Position numbers and translations under genes: made by a program
The notes under the pieces: model-generated
What the model saw: only the letters and a program-made list of their open reading frames with translations
What the model was told of the DNA's origin: nothing
Databases searched by the model: none
Part shown: positions 29,662 through 38,210 of the stretch, in pieces
Layout: each line of letters begins with the position of its first letter
Numbering within the stretch: the first letter of the stretch is position 1
Source of the DNA: Tepidisphaera sp.
Lineage (GTDB): Bacteria > Planctomycetota > Phycisphaerae > Phycisphaerales > UBA1924
Length of the DNA stretch: 64,000 nucleotides
Assembly (NCBI GenBank): GCA_050916045.1
Contig: CP051526.1
Location: 3,360,001-3,424,000 of the forward strand
Reading direction: 5' to 3'

Positions 29662-30585
29662 ATGAAGCGGATCTTGAATCGTCGGGAAGGTGCGTTCACC
29701 CTGATCGAGCTTCTGGTGGTGATCGCGATCATCGCGCTCTTGATTTCGCTGCTTCTGCCGGCGCTGGGGAAGGCGCGGAAAGTGGCACAGATCACGATCT
29801 CGACGTCGAATGTCCGGGCGATCAACAACTCGGCGAACATGTACCAGTCGGACAACAAAGCGTACATGCCGATCACGCTGCTTTACTCGCACGGCGGCCG
29901 GATCCGGACGCGGCCGGTGATTCCGAACCAGCCGAACGCGAACGTCACGGGGTTCTGCACGTGGAGTTGCTCGGGGGGCAACACGAGCGGCTACTGGTTC
30001 AACTACCAGCGCGGGTCGTTCGACATCCTCGCGGTGGACCGCCCGCTGAATCAGTACGTGTATCCCGAGATCTCGTTTTACGATCCGGCCACTCCGGGCA
30101 ATCCGAACGCACGGATGCCGGCCAATGACGAGAACCGGCTGAATGTCAAGCTCAAGGTCTTCAAGGATCCGGGGGACGTGATCGGGCATCAGGAAGCGTA
30201 CCCGTCGCCGAACACATCGGGGCGGACGAGCTTTGACAGCATCGGGATGTCGTACCAGTGGCAGGCGAAGTGGTACGAGCAGCTTGACAGCAGCGGCACG
30301 GTGACCGCCGCGCTGTTCAACAAGGGGACCAAGCGGCTTCAGCTTGCGGACTCGTTCGTGACGTCGCGGTTCGTGTGGATCTGGGATGAGCAGGCGGACA
30401 TCACGATCTACAACCAGGATCCGAACTACGTCAAGAAGAACGGGTTCGGGGACATCAACCGGAGCGTGATGGGGTTCATGGACGGCCACGCGGCGTACGT
30501 CAAGGTGATCCCCGGCCGGACGACGGAGTCGTACAAGAACGAGTTCTACACGACCGTGTTCGACGACCTGCGGATTCCGATCTGA
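29662..30585 (+). CDS. Prepilin-type N-terminal cleavage/methylation protein
   Basis: [52 protein letters not shown]. Confidence 0.88.
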   Translation: MKRILNRREGAFTLIELLVVIAIIALLISLLLPALGKARKVAQITISTSNVRAINNSANMYQSDNKAYMPITLLYSHGGRIRTRPVIPNQPNANVTGFCTWSCSGGNTSGYWFNYQRGSFDILAVDRPLNQYVYPEISFYDPATPGNPNARMPANDENRLNVKLKVFKDPGDVIGHQEAYPSPNTSGRTSFDSIGMSYQWQAKWYEQLDSSGTVTAALFNKGTKRLQLADSFVTSRFVWIWDEQADITIYNQDPNYVKKNGFGDINRSVMGFMDGHAAYVKVIPGRTTESYKNEFYTTVFDDLRIPI

Positions 30586-30629
30586 AGCCCGTCCGGGCTT
30601 GAATCGCAGGGCCCGGGTAGACTCGTGGC

Positions 30630-32078
30630 GTGAAATCGCATTTCAATCTGATCGGTGGAGCGATGCGGCCCGCGGGTTCGGGGCGCGAGCTTGATGTTCA
30701 CGAGCCCGCGACGGGTCGGCTCTGGGCTCGCGTGCCGGATTCGGGGAAAGCCGACATCGATGAAGCTGTGAAAGCGGCGGCGGCGGCATTCCCGGCGTGG
30801 GCCGCGACGCCGGCGGTCGAGCGGTCTCGCCTCATGCTCAAACTCGCGGACCTGATCGATGAGAATCTCGGTCCGCTCGCCGAAGCCGAGTGCCGGGACA
30901 GCGGCAAACCGATCAGCGCGGCGCGGAGCATCGACATCCCGCGGTCGGCGGCGAATCTGCGGTTCTTCGCGACGGCGATCCTGCATTCGGCGGGCGAGTC
31001 GCACGATTTCGACGGCGGAGGGACGCCGGGGGGCGTGCCGGCGATCAACTACACGCTCCGCAAACCGAGGGGCGTCGCGGGGTGCATCTCGCCGTGGAAC
31101 CTGCCGCTTTATTTGTTCACGTGGAAGATCGCGCCGGCACTCGCCACGGGGAACACGGTGGTGGGCAAGCCGAGCGAGGTGACGCCGGTCACGGCGGCGA
31201 TGCTTGGCGAGCTTTCGGTCAAAGCCGGATTCCCCGCGGGCGTGCTCAACATCGTTCACGGCACGGGGCCGGGGGCGGGAGCGGCGCTGGTCGAGCATCA
31301 GGACGTCCCGACGATCACGTTCACGGGGTCGACGGCGGTCGGGAAGTGGATCGGCGAGACGTGCGGGCGGATGCTCAAGCGGTGCAGCTTGGAACTTGGC
31401 GGGAAGAATGCGTTCATCGTGTTTGACGATGCGGACGTGGACGAAGCGATCGCGGTCGCGGCGCGGGCGGCGTTCAGCAATCAGGGTCAGATCTGCTTGT
31501 GCGGGTCGCGGCTTCTGGTGCATGAGAGCGTGTACGAGCGGGTGCTCGCGGGCGTGGTCGAGCGGGCGAAAGGGCTCAAGATCGGGGACCCGATGGACCC
31601 GGCGACACAGTTCGGCGTGCTGACGAGCGTGGCGCACCGGGAAAAAGTCGCGGGCATGGTCAAGCTCGCGGCGGAAGCGGGCGGGCGGATCGTGTGCGGC
31701 GGCGAAGTCACTGGAAGTTCGCCCACGTTCTACCCCCCCACCGTCATCACGGGGCTTGCGAGCGACTGCCGGGTCGAGCGCGAGGAGATTTTCGGGCCGG
31801 TGGTGACGGTGACGCCGTTCAAGACGGAAGCGGAAGCGGTTGCGCTGGCGAACGGAACGTCGTACGGCCTCGCGGCTTCGGTCTACACACGCGACACCAG
31901 CCGAGCCCACCGCGTTGCGGCCTCGCTCGACGCCGGCATCGTGTGGGTGAACTGCTGGATGGTCCGCGACCTGCGGACACCGTTCGGCGGCGTGAAGCAG
32001 AGCGGCGTGGGGCGTGAGGGTGGCGTGGAGGCTCTCAAGTTCTTCACGGAAGCGAAGAATGTGTGTGTGAGGGTTTGA
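30630..32078 (+). CDS. Aldehyde dehydrogenase, 2-aminomuconate/2-hydroxymuconate semialdehyde dehydrogenase type
   Basis: DIPRSAANLRFFA, ISPWNLPLYLFTWK, NQGQICLCGSR, WVNCWMVRDLRTPFGG. Confidence 0.88.
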   Translation: MKSHFNLIGGAMRPAGSGRELDVHEPATGRLWARVPDSGKADIDEAVKAAAAAFPAWAATPAVERSRLMLKLADLIDENLGPLAEAECRDSGKPISAARSIDIPRSAANLRFFATAILHSAGESHDFDGGGTPGGVPAINYTLRKPRGVAGCISPWNLPLYLFTWKIAPALATGNTVVGKPSEVTPVTAAMLGELSVKAGFPAGVLNIVHGTGPGAGAALVEHQDVPTITFTGSTAVGKWIGETCGRMLKRCSLELGGKNAFIVFDDADVDEAIAVAARAAFSNQGQICLCGSRLLVHESVYERVLAGVVERAKGLKIGDPMDPATQFGVLTSVAHREKVAGMVKLAAEAGGRIVCGGEVTGSSPTFYPPTVITGLASDCRVEREEIFGPVVTVTPFKTEAEAVALANGTSYGLAASVYTRDTSRAHRVAASLDAGIVWVNCWMVRDLRTPFGGVKQSGVGREGGVEALKFFTEAKNVCVRV

Positions 32079-32088
32079 GGAGATCTCC

Positions 32089-32880
32089 ATGAGCGAGCAT
32101 CGCCAGGATTGGGGTGTGTACATCAAAGAGACGGACGGTGGCCCCACGAGCCTGACCGTCGATCTCGGGTGGATGTCTTCTTGCCCAGACCGCGAGAAGA
32201 CCGCTCTGCTGATGGTGCGGCTCGCGTGCCATCGGCGGCGGGAGAACGGCTTCCCGACGCAGGAGGAGCTCGCAGCCCTCTATGCGCTTGAAGACCAAGT
32301 GCTCGCGCACCTGACGCCGATGGGGTGGGCTCATGTCGGGACGATCCAGACCGGGGCGCGACGCGAGTTCGTGCTCTACGGGCCCGCAAAGCGAGCGAAG
32401 GACGTCGACTTTGGCTTTGTACCGGTCGAGCGTCGCGGCGACCCGTTCGTGCGAGCGGCCCAGGACCAGACGTGGGACTTCTACCGATCGGTCTTGTATC
32501 CGGACGCCGGCGCCCTTCAGGAGATCAAGGATGACCGCGTGCTCAAGACGCTTGCGGAGCACGGCGACGTCGCCGAGATCCGACGGCGCGTGGACCACTG
32601 GGCGTACTTTTCATCGGCGGGCAAGCGACACGAGTTCGCCGCAACGGTGGAGCGGATGGGTTACGCCATCGAAGGCGTGAGCGACCCCGGCGAGACATCG
32701 GACCGGTACGGAGTGGCGTTCTTCCACACGTCGGAAGTCACACCGGAGCAGATCCATGCCGTGACGACGGTGCTCAACGAGCTCGCGACTGAGATGGGAG
32801 GCGAGTACGACGGGTGGGAAACGCAAGTCATGCGGCGAAAGGCATCGCTTTGGAAGCGGATGCTGGGCCGCGATTCATGA
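32089..32880 (+). CDS. DUF695 plus RraB-like domain protein
   Basis: NGFPT.EE...LYALED, REFVLY, RRVDHWAYF, GGEYDGWET. Confidence 0.8.
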   Translation: MSEHRQDWGVYIKETDGGPTSLTVDLGWMSSCPDREKTALLMVRLACHRRRENGFPTQEELAALYALEDQVLAHLTPMGWAHVGTIQTGARREFVLYGPAKRAKDVDFGFVPVERRGDPFVRAAQDQTWDFYRSVLYPDAGALQEIKDDRVLKTLAEHGDVAEIRRRVDHWAYFSSAGKRHEFAATVERMGYAIEGVSDPGETSDRYGVAFFHTSEVTPEQIHAVTTVLNELATEMGGEYDGWETQVMRRKASLWKRMLGRDS

Positions 32881-32890
32881 AGGAGCAGCG

Positions 32891-33316
32891 ATGACATCTC
32901 TTCATTCCAACACCGCCGCCGAACCCCTTGGCCCGTACGCCCACGCCCGCAGGGCGGGGAATCTGCTCTTTTTGTCCGGGATCGGGCCGCGGAAGCGCGG
33001 GAGCAAGGACATTCCCGGAGCGGTCGTCGATGCGACGGGGAACCTGGCTGATTACTCGATCGAAGCGGAGATGCGGTCGTGCTTTGAGAACATCCGGATC
33101 GTGCTTGAGGAAGCCGGGAGCCGCTGGGAGAAGATCGTGGATGTCGCCGTCTACCTGACGGATATGAAGCGGGACTGGAAGGAATACAACCGCGTGTACG
33201 CGGAGTTTTTCAAGGCTCCGAACCTGCCGACGCGGACCACCGTCGAGGTGAAGTCGCTCCCAACGGGTGGGAACACGCCGATTCACTTTGAGATCAAGGT
33301 GGTGGCGGAGGTTTGA
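32891..33316 (+). CDS. RidA family protein (probable 2-aminomuconate deaminase)
   Basis: PLGPYAHARRAGNLLFLSGIGPR, YLTDMKRD, PTRTTVEV..LPT...IHFEIK. Sits downstream of the matching ALDH. Confidence 0.85.
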   Translation: MTSLHSNTAAEPLGPYAHARRAGNLLFLSGIGPRKRGSKDIPGAVVDATGNLADYSIEAEMRSCFENIRIVLEEAGSRWEKIVDVAVYLTDMKRDWKEYNRVYAEFFKAPNLPTRTTVEVKSLPTGGNTPIHFEIKVVAEV

Positions 33317-33349
33317 GGGATTGAATTCACGCGAGTTCGGCCCGAACGC

Positions 33350-33778
33350 ATGACGAGCCAAGCCTCCAAACCGATGTGCGACTGCGGGTATGAGCTTTCG
33401 GGGCTTGCCGGGCCGCCGTGGGCCTGTCCGGAATGTGCGAAGCGCAGGGAGGTTTGGCCGCCGCCGGAATGGGAGGAATCGGCGAGGACTTCGCCACGCG
33501 AATGGGCGGTCGCCCGCTGGAGTCTGCTTGCGATGGTGCCGCCGGTTCTCGTCGTGCCGTGGATCGGATCGACTCTGATGATTGTGCCGCTCGCCATTGC
33601 GGCGGTCGGATGCGTGGTGTTTGCCGCGGCGCTTTCGTGGTCATTCGTGCGCGGCAAGAACGGCGCGGAGCTTTTGATCGGGCTGATGCCGTTCGGCTGC
33701 ATGATGGCGTTCATGTTCGTGTTCGGAGCGACGATGCTCTTTGCAATTGTGCAGATCCTGCGCGGCGCGTTTGCTTGA
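33350..33778 (+). CDS. Membrane protein with N-terminal zinc ribbon
   Basis: CDCGYELSGL...CPECA followed by 3 TMs. Confidence 0.7.
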   Translation: MTSQASKPMCDCGYELSGLAGPPWACPECAKRREVWPPPEWEESARTSPREWAVARWSLLAMVPPVLVVPWIGSTLMIVPLAIAAVGCVVFAAALSWSFVRGKNGAELLIGLMPFGCMMAFMFVFGATMLFAIVQILRGAFA

Positions 33779-33840
33779 GCTCGGGATGCACCACGCGACT
33801 GGGTCAGGATCGGCAGTTGCCGCCTTCACGGATTGCCACG

Positions 33841-34356
33841 CTATTCAGATTCTGCGAGCCGCTCGCGTTCGCGCTTTGCCGCGGCTTCCTCGGCGATCTT
33901 TCGGATCTGCTCCGCGAACGATTCTCGCCGCTGCGTTTGATGAAAGTGCTCGCGGGAATCGTTGGTGAGTCGGCGTTGACCTTCAATGTCGGAGTTCTGC
34001 AGGTGGCGAGACCACCCTCCAAGCTGGCGGCCGATTTCCTCGGCATCGGCCCGAAGCTCGTTCGCGTATGCCCTTGTTTCGGCTGAAACCGGAAGTTCTG
34101 TGGCGATCGAGAGCATGGACCTGCACTCGCCGGCGCTGCCTTTGGCGATGTAGATGTACCGGAGAAGCAGCTCCGTCGTGCCCGCTTCGAAGCCTTCCGC
34201 GATGTTGTTGCTGATGGAGAGCGAAGCCCGCTCGAGTTGATCGGCGAAGTCGCCCTTGCGTCGAATGACGGGGTCGTCAGTGAACTGCGCGACCCGGATG
34301 AAAAAACGAGCCGCGTCTTTCCAGACCTTGAGATCTTCGAAGCGGTCGTATTTCAT
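33841..34356 (-). CDS. Four-helix-bundle protein (23S rRNA IVP / Avd-like family) with C-terminal extension
   Basis: FEDLKVWK, DQLERASLSISNNIAEGFE, YIYIAKGSAGECRSML. Confidence 0.9.
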   Translation of the reverse strand: MKYDRFEDLKVWKDAARFFIRVAQFTDDPVIRRKGDFADQLERASLSISNNIAEGFEAGTTELLLRYIYIAKGSAGECRSMLSIATELPVSAETRAYANELRADAEEIGRQLGGWSRHLQNSDIEGQRRLTNDSREHFHQTQRRESFAEQIRKIAEEAAAKRERERLAESE

Positions 34357-34370
34357 GGCGGAGTTCCTGC

Positions 34371-34437
34371 ATTTCAAATTTCAAATTTCAAATTTCAAAT
34401 TTCAAATTTCAAATTTCAAATTTCAAATTTCAAATTT
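34371..34437. repeat. Perfect heptamer tandem repeat (ATTTCAA)x9 plus partial copy
   Basis: Read directly: nine exact copies at 34371-34433, then ATTT. Confidence 0.98.
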
Positions 34438-34470
34438 TTCAGATGCGATCGCCCTCGCCTGATCCACACC

Positions 34471-34791
34471 TTACCCAAAGCTCCGCCCCGTCTCCAGATC
34501 CACCAGTTTCCACTTGAGCGCCCGGCATGCCCGTTCGAGCACCGGCCAGGCGATTTCATCGTCGGTCATCGTCACCATCGCTTGCGCGACGGAGTCGGTG
34601 GTCGTTGGGATCTCGACCATCATGCCCGGGCCGTGGAGGACTTCGGTGCCGGCGGTTTTGGAGCGGACAGAACCGTCGACCGCGGTGTTGTAGCGGGCGA
34701 GGGCTTCCTTGACGGCGGTGTGCGAACCCAAGGGAGCGGGCGGCTCACCTTTGGCGACACTCTTCATCAGCACGACCTGACGCTTGGGCAC
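34471..34791 (-). CDS. Hypothetical protein
   Basis: Start overlaps the stop of the response regulator, with a GGAGG RBS. Globular-looking sequence (YNTAVDG, WKLVDLETGRSF). Confidence 0.7.
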   Translation of the reverse strand: MPKRQVVLMKSVAKGEPPAPLGSHTAVKEALARYNTAVDGSVRSKTAGTEVLHGPGMMVEIPTTTDSVAQAMVTMTDDEIAWPVLERACRALKWKLVDLETGRSFG

Positions 34792-35243
34792 TACGCCTCC
34801 TCCTCGGAATCATCTTCGTACACCGAATCCTCGCGCTGAGGACGAGCGACCGGGCCGCGTGCTTTGAGCAGTTCAACGGCGGCGGTGAGCAGGCGTTCAA
34901 GCGGGACGGGCTTGAGCATGTACTTGTCAACGCCGAGGGATTCGGCGTAAGCCTGATGGCGGCGGCCCTCGTTGGCGGTCACCATGATGACGACCGGGCT
35001 GTCCTCGCGACCCTTGATCTTCTCCACAGCGAGAAAGCCGGAGCGTTTGGGGAGCATCATGTCGAGGATGACCAGATCGGGCGGGTCCTCCTTGCAGATG
35101 CGCACGGCTTCGGCGCCGTCGGCGGCGAGGGCGGTCAGCGCCCCTTCGGACTGGAACGCGGCGTCGATGGATTCGAGCACGTCCTGATCGTCGTCGACGA
35201 TGAGAACCCTGACATCTTCAAGCCTGCCGACCGCTTCGGACAT
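34791..35243 (-). CDS. Single-domain response regulator
   Basis: VLIVDDD, LVILDMMLPKRSG, IMVTA, YMLKP. Confidence 0.92.
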   Translation of the reverse strand: MSEAVGRLEDVRVLIVDDDQDVLESIDAAFQSEGALTALAADGAEAVRICKEDPPDLVILDMMLPKRSGFLAVEKIKGREDSPVVIMVTANEGRRHQAYAESLGVDKYMLKPVPLERLLTAAVELLKARGPVARPQREDSVYEDDSEEEA

Positions 35244-35297
35244 GGTGCATCTCCTGGGGCAACCGTAGCCGCGTGTTCCGCCGGGGAGCCGCGCGGC

Positions 35298-36374
35298 TCA
35301 TCCGGCGACGGCACGGCTTTCCCGTTCGCTCCGCTCGACGATCCGTCCGAGCTCATCGTCGGTCATCCAGGGGAGGGAGCGAAGCTTGTCCCGGAGGCTG
35401 TCCGGAAAGGGCTTGCCGTTGCGTTCATGCGGCGGACGGCTTCTCCAGATTCGGTGCATCCAGAGGTACTGATCCGGGGCTTTGAGAATCATCGCTTCCA
35501 TCGCGCGGCGGTAGCGTGCGGTCAGGTAAAAGAGCGGGTCGGGCTGGGCCCGATAGTCCTCGGGCCCGAAGACGTCCTGAATCTCCATGACGTAGCCCAG
35601 GCCCCGGCCCGGGCGGGCGGCTCGCTCGGCCGCGGTCTGTCGGCGGGCGAATCCACAGACCATCACCGCGTCGTGCTGGAGAGCCATGAGACCGATCGAC
35701 TTGTACGTGGAGGTGAGGCGGCCAAAGCAGGGGACGAAGACGCCGCGGTCGCCGCCGTTCTGATCGGCGATGAGGCCGACGGGGTGGCCGGCTTTCATGG
35801 CTTTGGGAAGGTCGTGCACCGCGCCGAACTTGGACACCATGGTCATCCCCTGGCGCTGCCGGCTTTCGCGGACCCAGAGGTCAAGCGGCTTGAGGTCGAG
35901 CGGGCGGTACACGGCATGGAGCGGGAAGCCCATCATGGCGATCGCGGCACCGACGAGCTCCCAGTTTCCGACGTGGCCGGAGATCATGATGCAGGGGCGC
36001 TCGCCGATGAGCCGGGCGACCGCCGGGTGGATGTCTCCGACGGCGAGGTGTCGATGCCAGGAATCGACGCTGAGGACGCGCGGGATGAACGAAAGCTCGA
36101 CGCCGAGCCGGAAGATGTGCTCGTAGGCGTCCAGCGCGTGACTGCGACGCTCTTCGGGCGTCCACTGCGGGAAGACCTCGCGGAGGTTCTCGTCCGCGCG
36201 GGCGAGCCGCTTGCGGTTGAAGGGCATCGCGCCAAACAGGCGGCCGAGCCGGCCAGCGAACTCGGTCGCGGCGGTCGGGGAAACGAGGGTGGGTGCGGCG
36301 AGCGCGAGGCGGATCGTCGCCGCCAGAGGAATCTGGAGGGCGAGCGGAAGCGGGCTGCCTCGGGCTTTGGCCAT
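35298..36374 (-). CDS. Lipid A lauroyl/lysophospholipid acyltransferase (LpxL/HtrB family)
   Basis: SGHVGNWEL, VYRPL, GLIADQ, PDQYLWMHRIWR. Confidence 0.88.
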   Translation of the reverse strand: MAKARGSPLPLALQIPLAATIRLALAAPTLVSPTAATEFAGRLGRLFGAMPFNRKRLARADENLREVFPQWTPEERRSHALDAYEHIFRLGVELSFIPRVLSVDSWHRHLAVGDIHPAVARLIGERPCIMISGHVGNWELVGAAIAMMGFPLHAVYRPLDLKPLDLWVRESRQRQGMTMVSKFGAVHDLPKAMKAGHPVGLIADQNGGDRGVFVPCFGRLTSTYKSIGLMALQHDAVMVCGFARRQTAAERAARPGRGLGYVMEIQDVFGPEDYRAQPDPLFYLTARYRRAMEAMILKAPDQYLWMHRIWRSRPPHERNGKPFPDSLRDKLRSLPWMTDDELGRIVERSERESRAVAG

Positions 36375-36436
36375 GACGGATGGTACTTGCGGCAGGGGCG
36401 GGTCGCGCGAGGGCGGGCGAAGCCGGGAGCGGGACG

Positions 36437-36469
36437 AAAAACCGCCCGCGGGAAAGGCCCGCGGGCGGT
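36437..36469 (-). terminator. Intrinsic terminator
   Basis: ACCGCCCGCGGG-AAAGG-CCCGCGGGCGGT hairpin with a T-run on the minus strand. Confidence 0.65.
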
Positions 36470-36492
36470 GGGTTGCGTGATCGGTGAGCGGT

Positions 36493-37884
36493 TCAGCGGA
36501 CCGAGGAGCGGATCGGCTTGGCGCCGATGAGGGTCATGAACCGGTTCTGGTTCAGGATCGGCACGCTCGTGGACTGAGCGGACTTGTAGAACTCGTCGTA
36601 CTTGGCGACTTCCTGCTCCATCTTGACGTACTGCTGAACGACCTCGAACGGCGAGCCGTCGGAGGGACGCGGGGGCAGGATGGGCTTCTCGCCCAGGAGG
36701 AGGAAGTCGACATCACCGGCGAGTTCATCGAGGCTCGCGGCACCCCAACCCTCGACGAGGGAGATGATGTCGGCCCGTTCCATCGGGGTGGCGACGCCGT
36801 CGCCGTTGGCGTCGAAGTTGCCGTAGACGACGATCTTGTACTTCTTGTTGGGGTCGTAGACCGCGTTGGAGACCACGTCACCCTTGACGACGGGCGAGCC
36901 CTTGGTCTCGGAATTGATGCGGCAGGTCGCGGTCTCGGCGCCGACGTTGATCACTTCGATCGTGGCTTTGCCGCGGCGGTACTCGCCGGTGCGCTCGTCG
37001 ATCTTGATCTGGGAAGCGGAGGCGTAGACGGAGAAGGTGATGCCGAGCGGAAGCTTCTGCTTGGAACCGATGTTGATGATGACCTGGCGACCGTCGGGCG
37101 CGACGCCGACGATCTGGGCGTCGACGAGAGCTTCCTCGGCCTGGGCCGCGAGGATCTCGGCGCTCTGCTCACCGCGGAGCTTGGCGAGCTGTTCGACGAT
37201 GACGAGGTTCTCGCGCTCGAGCGTTGAGATCTTGGCTTCGAGGATCTTCTGGCGAGCGGCGGCGTCGGCTTCGAGCTGACCAATGAGGGTGGTCATCTTG
37301 CCGCTGGCTTCGTCGACACCGGAGCGGTACTGTTTGAGCTCACCCTCGTAGGCGGCGATGGAGGTCTTGAGGCGGCCGTTCTCTTCGTTGAGAGCCTTCA
37401 GGGTGTCGGCGACGGTCGCTTTGGTGCGTTCGAGCTCGTCGATGGCATCCTTGCGGGCCTTGTCGGCTTCTTCGGAGCTGGCGGTGAGGGTCTTGATCTG
37501 CTCATCGCGGGAGGCGAGGGCGCCCACGAGGGAGCCGCCTTCGCCGGCGAGAGCGGCTTTGACCTTGGCGTCAAACTCATCGAACTTGGTGTTCTCAGCG
37601 CCGGTGGTCGAGCGCATGATGCCGGAGACGCGGTCGCGCATGTACGCGACGAGCGACTTGTTGGCTTTGCGGGCGTCGGCCTGGAGCGCGAGGATCTCGC
37701 CGTCCTTGCGCTCGTTGTCGGTGATGAACGGCGTCGTGTCGTTCTTCATCCGGTTGTACTCTTCCTTCTGGGCGTTGTACTTCCCGAAGAAGATCGCGGT
37801 GAAGACGAACAAAGCGAGCGTGGTCAGGCTCAAGAGAGTGATCGCCACGCCGACACCAACACTCGAACTGGTCTTGCCAGCCAT
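36493..37884 (-). CDS. Membrane-anchored coiled-coil protein with C-terminal BRCT-like domain
   Basis: N-terminal TM, long heptad region, beta domain (VIINIGS), then WGA....VDFLLLGEKP...VPILNQNRF. Confidence 0.7.
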   Translation of the reverse strand: MAGKTSSSVGVGVAITLLSLTTLALFVFTAIFFGKYNAQKEEYNRMKNDTTPFITDNERKDGEILALQADARKANKSLVAYMRDRVSGIMRSTTGAENTKFDEFDAKVKAALAGEGGSLVGALASRDEQIKTLTASSEEADKARKDAIDELERTKATVADTLKALNEENGRLKTSIAAYEGELKQYRSGVDEASGKMTTLIGQLEADAAARQKILEAKISTLERENLVIVEQLAKLRGEQSAEILAAQAEEALVDAQIVGVAPDGRQVIINIGSKQKLPLGITFSVYASASQIKIDERTGEYRRGKATIEVINVGAETATCRINSETKGSPVVKGDVVSNAVYDPNKKYKIVVYGNFDANGDGVATPMERADIISLVEGWGAASLDELAGDVDFLLLGEKPILPPRPSDGSPFEVVQQYVKMEQEVAKYDEFYKSAQSTSVPILNQNRFMTLIGAKPIRSSVR

Positions 37885-38210
37885 GCAAGGCCTCCAAAGA
37901 CAATCGGACCGGACACTCCATCATCCCGCCGGAATCGTCCGGCCGGGCCCCGCCACTCCCCGCTTCCTTCCCGCCCCCCCTCGGCCCACCGCGCCCACCG
38001 CCAGGCACCGACTCAAGCGCCCATTCCCCATGGGCTTTCTTTGATCGCATTCTGTTCGGATCGTCGCAGTTTCCCGCAGGGGCGGGCACTATCGCAGATC
38101 CGAGGGCCGACGTCAAACGGTGGGCGAGGAGGATACGCCTGCAAACGCAGATTTGATCCCAAAATCCTCAAGGCACCTTCCGACCCTATGCCTTACATAA
38201 GCCTATCGCG

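Noticed and set aside
33841..34437. Diversity-generating retroelement suggested by the Avd-like protein
   Set aside because: No reverse transcriptase and no template/variable repeat pair in the window.
34237..34839. ORFs containing FQISNFKFQISN repeats
   Set aside because: These are translations of the heptamer DNA repeat and lie antisense to well-supported genes.
37885..38210. Possible ncRNA in the 326-bp intergenic region
   Set aside because: No recognisable family features. It may simply be a promoter and leader, and an Rfam search would be needed to say more.
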